This document shows positions 52,496 through 63,149 of a stretch of DNA of 64,000 nt, piece by piece. The position numbers and the translations under genes were made by a program. Under the pieces are notes generated by a model. The model made no database searches and was not told where the DNA came from. It was given only the letters and a program-made list of their open reading frames with translations. Source of the DNA: Camelus dromedarius (lineage: Eukaryota); NCBI RefSeq assembly GCF_036321535.1, contig NC_087437.1, forward strand, positions 120,096,001 through 120,160,000, given 5' to 3'. Position 1 is the first letter of the stretch, and each line of letters begins with the position of its first letter.

Positions 52496-54249
52496 AGGAT
52501 AAATCATATCTTAACTTGATGTTTAAACAAATCAAAATGCATGCAAAAAACCAGTGACGAGCAAAATATCAAATTTTAAATAGAGACGGGATCTGCAACG
52601 CCTGCTTTTCCTTCTGTCTCAGGCCTCCATGTGGCTCCGCCCAGCCCTGACCACGCGCCTGGCCCTGCTGGACCCCCCCATGGAGGGTACAGACAGTCGG
52701 ATGCTTGTGCCCCTTCCCCCACCTCCCCATGCCCGGAGCAGGCAGCCTGCACTGTGTAGGGCCGCCCACCGCCCTGCCCACACCCCTGCCACACCTCTCA
52801 TGTTGACTCTCAGCCTGGGTGGGGAGCCTGCTCTGAAGCCCCCTCCCCTTCCTCCACACTGAGTGACCTGGCACAGGGTTAAACCTTGTAAGCCCCACTC
52901 TCCGGGTCTATGAAGTGGGGAGATGGGACCTGCATGCCACATAGAGTGGCTGCAAGGAACCACGAGGTCACCATCAGTGTGGCCTGGGGCCAGAGGGGTG
53001 CCCTCCACCCCCTACAGTGTTGATGACCTGTACCCTAATTGCCCCTTGTTGCCTGACCCCCTGGGGCATTGCCCCCCAAGACTGTAGACTTGCAGGGCAA
53101 AGGTTGGTGTTTGCAGATTTTTCTGGGCCCTTTATCACTGGCTGGTGTCATGCACGTCACAGGTGCTTGGAGAGGCAGGGAGGAAGGGTTTGATTCTGGG
53201 CATCGCCAGTTGGGGAGGGGCTGTGTGAGGGATGCTCTGAAATTCCCGCTTTTGACGCCAAGTCCACCTTGGATGTGCCAGGCACAGTCCCGCTTGCATA
53301 GCGGGTAAGCGCTCTTTCCTGCCCTGTTAAGTCCAGGGGTGGAAGGTAAATTGCAAAGGCCCTGAGTGCTCTGAGGATGCACTTCGTCCACAGACATGAG
53401 ATGGACGCTGGACAGAAGCTGCGCTAGGGCCCGGTGGTGGGGTGCAGAGTGACTGAGGAGCGTCTCAGGAGGGCTGCGGGAGCGGGGCCCCCTGCGCCGT
53501 GGGCGGGGCTGGGTGCTGAGTGGTGGTAAGTCAGTATACGTCTCCTCAGAGGCCAGGCTCCTGAAAAAATACGAAAGCCTTAAACCTGGGAGCGACCTGA
53601 CCACGGAGACAGGAGCAGACCGGTCACCAGGCCAGCAGGGTTGGGCGCCTTCTTTACTGGCCGTGCCTCTGTCCGACCTCAGGTTCGCAGGGACAGTGTC
53701 CAGAAGAAAGCCCAGGATATGGGGTCTGCGTGTTTGTAAATCCACACCCACCTCCCCAGCTGGACACGCACAGATCCCACAACAGGGCTCCCTGGTGCCA
53801 GAAGCACGGGCACCTTTTCATTTCTTCTCTGCATTTTCTGTCCTTCTGGAGATTCTTCCCAGAACGCATGATTTTGGGGATCAGGAAGAAGTGACAGAGG
53901 TAATTCTGTTTGAAAACACAATGTACTCTCACATTGTAGCTCTGGGATTTGGGGACCACTCGTCCAACCCCTGTGCCTCAGTTTCCTGTCTATGAAACGG
54001 GGGCCCGAGGCCTCGCTGGTGGGGAGGCCATGGGATCACAGGGGACCACGTGCGCAGACGGCTGGTATGATCCCTGAGGCACACACCTTCCCCCAGGATG
54101 GGGGAGAGGAGTCCCCACTGACCCCCAGGTGGGTGGGGGTTGCAGAGCCATGCCGAAAGGAGCTCCCTGGGGACACTGGGTGTCCAGCTCCCGGCTGGTG
54201 AGAGCAGCAGGCCGGGGCTGGGAGCGGCGGGCGTGCAGCCCAGCCCCCG

Positions 54250-54360
54250 TTCCTGCTGACTGGGCAGCCTCCCTCGTGAGCTCACGCTTTCCAGACAGAT
54301 CCCCTAATCCTTCCTTTCTGTCCCAGGCGTACATAAGGAGGGCCTGCCTCCCTGTTCCCC
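54250..54360 (+). promoter_or_regulatory. CRYAA: CRYAA lens promoter
   Basis: DE1/MARE-like CTGCTGACTGGGCAG 54253-54267, TAATCC 54305-54310, TATA-like TACATAA 54330-54336 about 100 nt before ATG. Confidence 0.75.
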
Positions 54361-54428
54361 ACCACACTGCCCAGAGGCCCCTGCCGGACGCCCCAGCAGC
54401 CCCAGCCCCTGCAGTGCCGACGGCCGAC

Positions 54429-54617
54429 ATGGACATCGCCATCCAGCACCCCTGGTTCAAGCGTGCCCTGGGCCCCTTCTACCCCAGCCGGCTGTTCGAC
54501 CAGTTCTTCGGGGAGGGCCTGTTTGAGTATGACCTGCTGCCCTTCCTGTCGTCCACCATCAGCCCCTACTACCGCCAGTCCCTCTTCCGCACCGTGCTGG
54601 ACTCCGGCATCTCTGAG
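54429..54617 (+). CDS. CRYAA: Alpha-crystallin A chain exon 1
   Basis: 189 nt; [30 protein letters not shown]...DSGISE; GAG|gtaagg. Confidence 0.99.
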
Positions 54618-54904
54618 GTAAGGGCTGCTGCCTTCTGCGGCGCTGACCCCGCAGGCCTGGGCCGTGCGGAGGGGAAGCAGGGATCTCTGAGGCCCAGCCC
54701 GGGGCAGCCGTGGGCTCCACCTGCTCCCGCCTTGTTTCCTGGATGGTGACATCCTCAGGGCCACTTCCCTACCTCCCCTGACCTCCTCCCGCCCGGACGC
54801 ACAGAGGCCGGGTGGGCTGTCCCCCAGCAGATCCTCCCCTGCCTCTGAGAGGGGGGCCGGCAGAGGACCCGCCTGAGCCCGACCACAGTCTTTCCTCCCA
54901 TCAG

Positions 54905-54974
54905 CTCATGACCTGTATGTGGTTGGTTAAGGCCCCCATCGCATGCTGGGAGCCCCCAGAACAGCCCCGCCAAA
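54905..54974 (+). pseudogene. CRYAA: Inactivated alphaA-ins pseudo-exon in CRYAA intron 1
   Basis: Pyrimidine tract and cag| then LMTCMWLV.../HAGSPQNSPAK in two frames, similar to rodent insert LMTHMWFVMHQPHAGNPKNNPVK; 70 nt; degenerate GC donor. Confidence 0.85.
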
Positions 54975-55477
54975 GCCAGCTTGATGGTGGACAGAGCTTT
55001 GTGCTCAGGGGCCGTGCTTTCCCCCCCAGCAGGAAGCCTGGGGGTGGGCTGTGCCACCTGAGGTCCCACCGCAGAGCCGCAGAGCCGCAGAGCTGCAGGG
55101 CGGGCTCCCGCCAGGTCTGCCCGGTGCCGGAGACCAGGCCCCGAGGGGACGCAAGGAGGCCCATGGCCTTCCCTACCCCTGAGCCCCTGACTCCCCCAGG
55201 GTCCAGCATTCTGGAGGTGCCAGGTCCCACGACTGCAAAAACAGGGGCCTGCCCAGAGCTGGTACAGCGGTGGTCACTCCAGGGGCCAATGGAGCCGAAG
55301 CGCCTGTCCCGGGTGAGGGTGAGAGGAGAGGGGATGAGGCACTTTGTGTCTGAGGAGCTGGGCAGCCCATGCGGGCACGCAGGCTCACCACGTCCTATTG
55401 CAAAGATGGGCCCAGGCTGTTTAGGGACAGGCGAGTGGAAGCCAGGGCCGCGACCTTCTTCCAAGTGCGCAGTCCCA

Positions 55478-55610
55478 CCAGCTAGCCAACCAACCCATGA
55501 CCAGCCGACCAACTCATAACCAGCTCTGTAATCATAACCTGCCACTCAGCTCATAACCAGCCACCTAACACGACCAACCAGCCCCTCAACCCGCAACCAG
55601 TCAGCCAGCC
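55478..55610. repeat. Low-complexity CCAG/CCAA and tcataacc repeats in CRYAA intron 1
   Basis: Three tcataacc copies plus ccagcc/ccaacc units. Confidence 0.7.
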
Positions 55611-55854
55611 GGCCCCTCACCAGGCAGGTGCTGGGTGTCAGCCTAGTGTCCACCCCGTCCTGAGTCCCAGGCCCTCCGTCCCCCGGGCACGTGGAGGGAG
55701 CGCTCAGAGACCTGACCTGCAGTCTCTGTCCCGAACTGGGGACCGAGCCCCGGCTGCTGCACTCCGGCCACTCCAGCCAGCCCTGCAGGGGCCACGGCAG
55801 TCTCCCTCCCTGAGCTGCGGCGCGGCGGAGACCCATACGAGTGCCTGGTTTCAG

Positions 55855-55977
55855 GTCCGATCCGACCGGGACAAGTTTGTCATCTTTCTGGACGTGAAGC
55901 ACTTCTCTCCCGAGGACCTGACGGTGAAGGTGCTGGAGGACTTCGTGGAGATCCACGGCAAGCACAACGAGAGGCAG
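55855..55977 (+). CDS. CRYAA: Alpha-crystallin A chain exon 2
   Basis: 123 nt; [41 protein letters not shown]; tttcag / gtgagc. Confidence 0.99.
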
Positions 55978-56845
55978 GTGAGCTGGAGCTCGGCTGCGCC
56001 CCCTCCCCGGGCAAGTCCGCCTCCTGGTGACCTGCAAGCCGGCCCCAGCCCTCTGCAGCCTGGGCAGCGGGCCGTCAGCCAGTGGGGGACTGCAGGGACC
56101 CCCACCCAAGTACGGCTCAGCATCCCTGGCTCTGTCCAAATCCCCCGAGTGACTGGAGAGAGTAAGAAAGACCCCAGCAGACGCTGGCGCCCAGGGGACG
56201 CGCCCTGCAGGGCTTCACCCCAGCCTCACGTGAGAGGACCGTGCTGCTGGGCCTGTCAGAGCCCAAGAACTGGGGCCCTGCTCTCTCCAGGGGGCGGGGC
56301 ACAGCCAGGACAGCGCTCAGGGACCAGGGCTTGGTCCAGTGGTGAGAGAAGCTGGTGGTGTGGGAGAGACCCCACCCCTGTCTGCTACTGGGCCCCTCTA
56401 GACACCCAGACACTTTCCTGGGGCCTCAGTCTTTCCCCCTGGAGAGGTGGGAGTGGGGCCTGGGGACCGAGCTGGGTCCAGACCGTCAGGAGGAGGGAAT
56501 GCCGTTGGGCCCAGGCATGGCTTTCTGACCTGGTTGGATGGACAGCAGGGACTTGATCCTCGCTGGTCAGTGGGGCCACAGGCAAAAGGAAAGCTGGACC
56601 CCAGGGCAGGGCCAGGGACGGGACCGTTCATGGGATCTTGGAGTGAAATTAGTCTGAAGCGCCAACCTTGTGGGTGCCCAGACCTCCTGCAGGAGGCAGG
56701 GAGGTCCCGAGGTCCCAAGGCCCCGGATCCAGGCCAGCCCCACCCCTGCCTATGACAGTGTTGTGGGTTTGACCCTCGGGCCATCCTGGAGGGCCTCCTC
56801 CGCCCCTGGCGGTGGCCTCTGTGACCCCCTTCCCGCCCCACCCAG

Positions 56846-57055
56846 GATGACCATGGCTATATCTCCCGCGAGTTCCACCGCCGCTACCGCCTGCCTTCCA
56901 ACGTGGACCAGTCCGCGCTCTCCTGCTCCCTGTCGGCGGACGGCATGCTGACCTTCTCTGGCCCCAAGATCCCGTCCGGTGTGGACGCCGGCCACAGCGA
57001 GCGGGCCATCCCGGTGTCGCGGGAGGAGAAGCCCAGCTCTGCACCCTCGTCCTGA
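56846..57055 (+). CDS. CRYAA: Alpha-crystallin A chain exon 3 (stop)
   Basis: 210 nt; [17 protein letters not shown]...[11 protein letters not shown]; total CDS 522 nt = 173 aa. Confidence 0.99.
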
Positions 57056-57605
57056 GCGCGGCCTCAGCCTCGGCTGCCACCCACTGCGGCCCCCGCGGCC
57101 CGTCCACCTGGGCCTAGGCAGGGGCGTTGGTCTCCCCTGCTTTCCTCTTTTTCGTCTCCTTCTCCTCTTCTCCCAGGGAATGCAGGTTTGAGAGAGTAGT
57201 CGGGGGGGCTTGGGGCCTTGGCCTGCGGTGCTGAGACCTCAGAGTGACCCGGACCCCAACCCCGGCCGGCTGGTGGAAGTGACCTCCATCCCCGCTTCGT
57301 AGATGACACGCCGCCCTCCCGAGGCAGGCCTGTCTACGCCAGCCGGGAGGTCGGGGAGCACCCTGGCTGAGCAGTCTCTGGATGACCTCTGGTCTCCCGG
57401 GCCAGCCGGGCGCGTCTTGGCCCTCGGTGGCGGGTGCCCTCATCGCGGCCGGGCCGGGTGCTGTGAGGTCCATATGGCGTGGGCCCCCGTGCGCCTGGGC
57501 TCCCTGCAGCCTCCATCTCTCAGACCACCTTCCCTTCAACCTCCCTGTATGTAGTGCTGCTCCTGGGGCGTCTGGTCACCCATGAGAATGCAGCTCGTGG
57601 CAGTC

Positions 57606-57611
57606 AATAAA
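57606..57611 (+). terminator. CRYAA: CRYAA polyadenylation signal AATAAA
   Basis: AATAAA ~550 nt after stop, followed by GU-rich element (tgtgtggtggccgtgctgtctgtgtgg). Confidence 0.85.
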
Positions 57612-58208
57612 GAGCAGGTGACAAGCAACTTGCTGTGTGGTGGCCGTGCTGTCTGTGTGGGGAGTTTGGAGAGCAGGGGGGAAGGCGCCGTGCAAAGCGT
57701 TGCTGGGGCGTGAGGGGCGGGTTGAGGGGCCCTCGGGGGCTTCTGGTGACCAGGGCTGAGTGGCCCACCCAGAGGGGGTGGCCTTCTCACTGTCTGCCCA
57801 GACCCCCGAGATGGGGGGAGACTAGCGTGAAGGCCAGCAGCCTCCAACAGGGAGGCGGCGGGGGCTCAGCCAGGGACCCTGCCGGCTGCATGGTGACCGG
57901 TGACCACGGGGAGGGCCAGGTGAGTGGCCAGATGTGGCCTCCGGGAGCGGAAAGCAAGCAGACGCCACAGCTGGACGGGCACGGCTGGTGTGTCAGGCCG
58001 TGTAGAGGCGCTTTCCTGGGGAGTGGAGGCCAGGGGCCTTGGGGACCCTGATGGGGTGGTGCCCTCACGCCTCCTCCCTGGAGAAGCTGGCCACCAGCAG
58101 GGGAGGACCCGGGGGAGAATCTCAGACGGTGATCCCTGCCCAGCACGCAGCAGGACAGTTGCTGCCGTGTGGGTTTTAAGTGGAAAGCAGGGCATTCGTG
58201 CAAACCTA

Positions 58209-58260
58209 CGCGCGCGCGCGCGCACACACACACACACACATACAGACACACACACACATG
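58209..58260. repeat. (CG)n(CA)n microsatellite
   Basis: cgcgcgcgcgcgcg followed by (ca)n. Confidence 0.95.
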
Positions 58261-58684
58261 CCCTTGTAGCTCTCGGGCACTCTGGTCCCCATCGACAGAA
58301 GGGTCCTCACCCTGTGGGAACTTCTCCAGACTCCTCCCCCCACCCTCCCTCCGCCCAGCTCCTTCCAACAGGAAGCCCCTGCGGCTGTCCTGTCTTAACC
58401 AACATCCGTGGAGAAGAGGGTGCCCCGTGTGGGCAGCAAAAGTGGCCATGGCACTTGGGGGCTGCAGTGGGTGCTTTTGAAGTTTGGAGTCTCTGAGGCC
58501 CTCTGCCCCCCCGGCCTCCCCAGCTGTTGTCAGAAGATGGCTTTGGTTTTGCACAGCCTGGCCCGTCGTCGCACGGCTTGGTGGGCTGGGGGCCTGCCGG
58601 CCTGGCTGCAGCCACAGCCGGGCCGTTGTTAGACACCGCTGGTCTTGCATTCACTGCGGTTCTTGCCTCGGCCTGGTAAAGGGC

Positions 58685-59037
58685 TGAGCTGTGATCCCCA
58701 AACCCACCTGCTGAGGTCCTCACCCCTGGCACCTCGGAATGAAACTGCTTTGGAGATGGTTAAGGTAAAAGAGGTGGTTAAGGTAAACGAGGTCATCAGG
58801 GTGGGCCCTGATCCCGTAGGAGGGCGTGTTTATAAGAAAATGAGACCAGTACAGACACACCCAGGGGGATGACTGCGTGAGGACATGGGGAGGAGGCGGC
58901 CATCTGCAGGCCCAGGAGGGAGGCCTCAGGGGAACCAAGCCTGCAACAACTTGCTCTCAGACTGTGAGGAAATGAACTTCTATTGTTTAAGGCTCCCACC
59001 TGTGGTAGGTGTTACGCAGCTGGAGCGGGCTAACACA
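58685..59037 (+). mobile_element. MaLR (MLT1A/B-type) LTR
   Basis: gaggtcatcagggtgggccctgatcc...cagactgtgaggaaatgaacttctattgtttaag...ctaacaca. Confidence 0.75.
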
Positions 59038-60814
59038 GGCCTGAAGACGCAGCCTTTGGCCCTCTGGCGAGGGGTGTGCAGCCAAGCGGGAGGCCCAGGG
59101 AGTCCTGGATTGAGCTCCTTGGTGGTTTGCAGGGAGTGCTGGGGCTCAGCCCAGGCAGGGAGCTGAGAGGACTTTCCCTGATGGCACGTGCGCTGGGAGA
59201 CCCCGTCTTGCCTGGCCTCGTCTGAAACCACCTCTTCTGTCTCAAGTCTTATTCGAGATCTCCGGGGGGTGGGGGGACCTCATCCCACCAAACATGAGAC
59301 TGGAATGTGGTTACGTGGTTCTGGATCAGGAATGGGCATGTCCCCTCCTGGGATCTCATTTTTGCCCTGAGCAGCAAGATCATTAGCAGCAGCAGCTGCA
59401 GGAAAAGCATTAACTGAGCACCTACTGTGTGCCAAGCGCTGTGCCAACCACACTGGCAGCTGGCAGCTCCCGCGCAGCCCAGCAGCCTGTAATGGGTTCC
59501 ACTGACAGGGAGGAAATCCAGGCTTCCAGGCGGAGTCACCTACCTGATACTCACCATGGGCGAGGGCCTGGCCGGGCCCCACCCTGTCTGTCCGACCTCA
59601 GAAGCAGGACTGGCAGCCACTGCCTTGTGGCCATTATCATACAGCACCACCCTCAACCTGTCAGGAGGCAGTGAGCAAGCCAGGCTGGCCCTGTTCTGCA
59701 GCCCACTTGCTGTGTGACCACAGGCAGATTTATCAAGCTCTCTGAACATTGGATTCCCGTCCTCACCAGTTCGCGAGGATGGTGGACTAGTCACTGCAAT
59801 TCCAAGAGTCACCACCAGGTGGCAGCAGAGGCCTCACTTTGGCCGCCAAGACCTCGCCGGAAGGAGGAGCCGAGCCTGTCTCAAAGGTCACCTTCACGGG
59901 TCCAGACCGCGGGAACGGCCCAACACACATCCGCAGAGGGCCTCGCTCGAGTGGGCCTGCCCGGCCATGCAAAGCCCTGGGAGACCCCGTCCTGACCGGG
60001 GGCGCCGACATCCAGCAGAGGACACTGAAGCAGACATAAAATCTCCCACGGGGAGCCAGTGGTATTTCTTTATAATAAGCAGTTTTTGTTTCATTTGCTT
60101 GTTTGTAAAAGCATTTGAAAAAGAGGAAACCACTGCCTGGCAGGCCAGCCCTGCGCTGGGGGTCCCCGCGGCTCTGGTGGAATTTCCTCCCGCGTAGAAT
60201 GACGTGGTGTGTCGGCCCTCCCCCGCCGCTGGCCTCCCCGCTCCCGTGGCCTCTGCTGGGAAGGCTCCCAGGGCAGCCTCCGGCCCCGCCGTGTCCCAGG
60301 AGGGGCCGGCCCTGGCAGCTGCCCCAGAGCCTGACACAGGTGGCCAGGTCAGGGGTCAGAGGTTCCACCAGCCAGATGCTGGGCTAGCCGCCCGCCAGCA
60401 GGCTGAGACCCAGAGGCTTAGGCACACGTGTCAGACCGCACTTTGAAAGGGGGCGGCAGCAACAGGGCCTGGGAGCTGCCGGTCAAGGCCCCACCTCCTC
60501 CCTGGGGCCGGCAGCCTTCTCTCTGCAGGGCAGGCACCTGCCACCCAACACCCCACTGCGGCCAGCAGGACGGGAGTGGGGGTGCAGAAAGGGAATTCCC
60601 GCTCAGGCTGGGGCCAAGCGAGGGGTGGCCTGGGGAAGGCGGCAGCTCCCCCGTGGCCCCCATCAGGGCCAGCTCCTTGGCGGCTGGTGTGGCCGGGCTG
60701 GGGGCTCTGCTGGTGTGTGGTTTCCTCCAAGATTCTGGGCCTAGGATTGAGTTTGCAGGGGCAGGGGAGGCTGGCTGCTGTCACGAAAACAGAACCAATT
60801 AGAAGATATGCATG

Positions 60815-60925
60815 TACGTGCGCACACATGCCTGCACACACACGCCTGCGACACACATGCCTGCACACACACGCCTGCACACACATGCCCGTACACACAC
60901 GCCTGCACACACACGCCTGCGACAG
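60815..60925. repeat. Imperfect (cacacgcctg) tandem repeat
   Basis: Direct reading. Confidence 0.85.
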
Positions 60926-61892
60926 CCCCAAGCAGGCTCTAGACTCTGCTTCCTGCCTCCTGTTGGCTTCCCTCTGTGTCAGATTTGTACTTGAACTTGA
61001 ACTTGAAGGCACACTCATACAAAAACATTTCTTGCCTGCTTCTCCACCTTGAGGGAAACCTCCCCGCGTGACCAGCAGACACTCTCACATCGAGGTGTTT
61101 TAGGGAGACCTGACATTGTGTGTGTTGCTGAAGCACCTGGTTACCTTCTGTTGCTGGACACTGGGAGGGTGGGGCCCCTGCTCAAGGGCATCTCAAGGTC
61201 ACAGGGACAGAGTGTGAGGAGCAGGCCAGGCGGCGCCTTCTTCCCGGGAACTGTCAGCCTCCTGATGCCCGCAAGCACTTTCCTTCACCCCCCCACCCCA
61301 ATCCTCGCCTCCCCTGGAGCCAGAAATCAATTGGAAAAAAAAGGCCTGACTCAAAAATGCAGCTTCCAAAGCCTCTTCAGGTGGAGCCGCACTGCATTTA
61401 AGGGAAGGTCTGCAGACTGCTAAGCATGGGGGGTGCACGGGGCCCCATCAAAGGAGACCATTCAGACCTGGGGGACCGAGGTGGGAGGTGGGACGCCCAC
61501 ATTCCATCCACATGTCTGCAGGAACCTGGAAGCCCCACGCTGGCCCCAGCAGCTGTCAGAGGTGAGGAAGGGGGCGGTTCCTGGAGAGGCCGGGGCCAGT
61601 TTCCTCCCAATGGCGGGTAACAGAGATGTTTGGGGTTTTGTGTGCAGGTCTCTGCTGAGGCCTCACCCGGGCTCACTCGGGGGTACCTACCAAGGGGCTG
61701 CTGACGCTTCTGCTTGTTTGCTGGAAAAACCAAGTTAAATGATTGCTCTGAGGATCCGGGGCCTCCGAGGGGGTTCTGGGGTGTGAACCCCAGCTGTCCC
61801 CTCCTGAGCCCACCCTCCCTCTCCTCGCTGCCCGTTCCGGCAGCCGCTGTAAAGCCCGTTTCCTCTGACGGGCAGCCCAGGTCCTGCAGGGC

Positions 61893-62312
61893 TGTGCTGG
61901 TTTCCTGGGGCCGCAGACGGCCACAAACTGGGCAGCTTCAATCAACAGAAATGTATATGGAGACCAGAAGTGTGAAATCAAGGTGTGGGCAGGCTGTTGC
62001 CCCCTCTGGGGGCTGGAGGGGAGGGCCCTTCCCGCCTCTTCCAGCTTCTGGTGCCGCCAGCATCCCTGGCTTGCGGCCCCCTCCCTCCCATCTCTGCCGC
62101 CCGGCCCCACGGCCTCCTCCCTGGGCCTGTGTCTCTGCTTTTCTTGGAAGGACACCAGCTGCTGGATTTAAGTTCTTCCCGGGGATCCAGAATGATATCA
62201 TCTTGATCCTGACCTTCACTACATCTCCAAAGACCCTTTCCCAAATAAGATCAGGCCTGCATGCTGTGGGCTTAGCACTGAGACGTCTTTTTGGAGGCCA
62301 CGATTCCACCAC
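61893..62312 (-). mobile_element. MaLR (MLT1-type) LTR
   Basis: ccacaaactgggcagctt...ccagcttctggtg...aaagaccctttcccaaataag. Confidence 0.7.
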
Positions 62313-62713
62313 GACAAGCACCGCGCCGCTGACTGCCACAGCCCCTGCCTGCGGGGCAGCCCACGTGCGGCCCTGCACCTTTTCCTGGAAGGGAGCCTCT
62401 GAGGGCAGCGGGACGGACACCAGCCCATTTTAAAGAAGAGGAAACTGAGGGCTGGAAACGTAGAGCCAGGGGGCAGGGGGCCTGCGGTGGGAGCCCCGGC
62501 TTGGCCACTGGCCGGGTAACCGGAGCTGAAGTGCTGCCCACGAGTTGAAGGGCAGCTTCCTAAGGTCCCTTTATGAGAAGGTTCTGTGATGCCTGGATCT
62601 CCTGATCTGTGAAAGCGAGTGTCTGTGGCGCTCTTGATGAAACCCGCACCAGGCCAGGCCGCTCCCGCGGCCGCCCTCGAGGTGGGATGCTTCCGCATTA
62701 AGAGTTTGGTTTG

Positions 62714-63149
62714 GAGTCACAAAAACCAAAAAGAAACCAAGCTAACACAAAAGAAAATTATCAAACCAGTAAAATACCACGTGATATCACTTATACGTGG
62801 AATCTTGAAAAAAAAAAAAAAGACGAACGGACTTATTTACAAAACAGAAACAGACTCCCAGACAGAAAACAAACTTACGGTGACCCGAGTGGGGACGGGG
62901 GTGGGAAGGGATAAACTGGGAGTCTGGGATTTGCAGATACTGACTGATACATGTGAGACAGATAAACAGCAAGTTCGTCCTGTGCGGCCCAGGGAACCAT
63001 ATTCAATACCTCGTAGTGACCTGTGGTGAAAGAGAACGCGGAAACAAGTCTAATGCGTTCACGCCTGACTGAAGCACCGTGCTGTGCACCAGAAACTGAT
63101 GCAACCGTGCAAACTGACTGGACTTCAATAAAAATGAAAAAAAAAAAAA
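62714..63149 (+). mobile_element. L1-derived insertion with 14-bp TSD
   Basis: TSD aagagtttggtttg at 62700-62713 and 63150-63163; L1 3'UTR, aataaa and poly-A. Confidence 0.88.

Noticed and set aside
54129..54428. Open frame extending CRYAA N-terminally by up to 100 codons
   Set aside because: Its start codons lie upstream of the TATA-like box and run through the promoter; GC-rich DNA gives few stops; the ATG at 54429 yields the canonical 173 aa.
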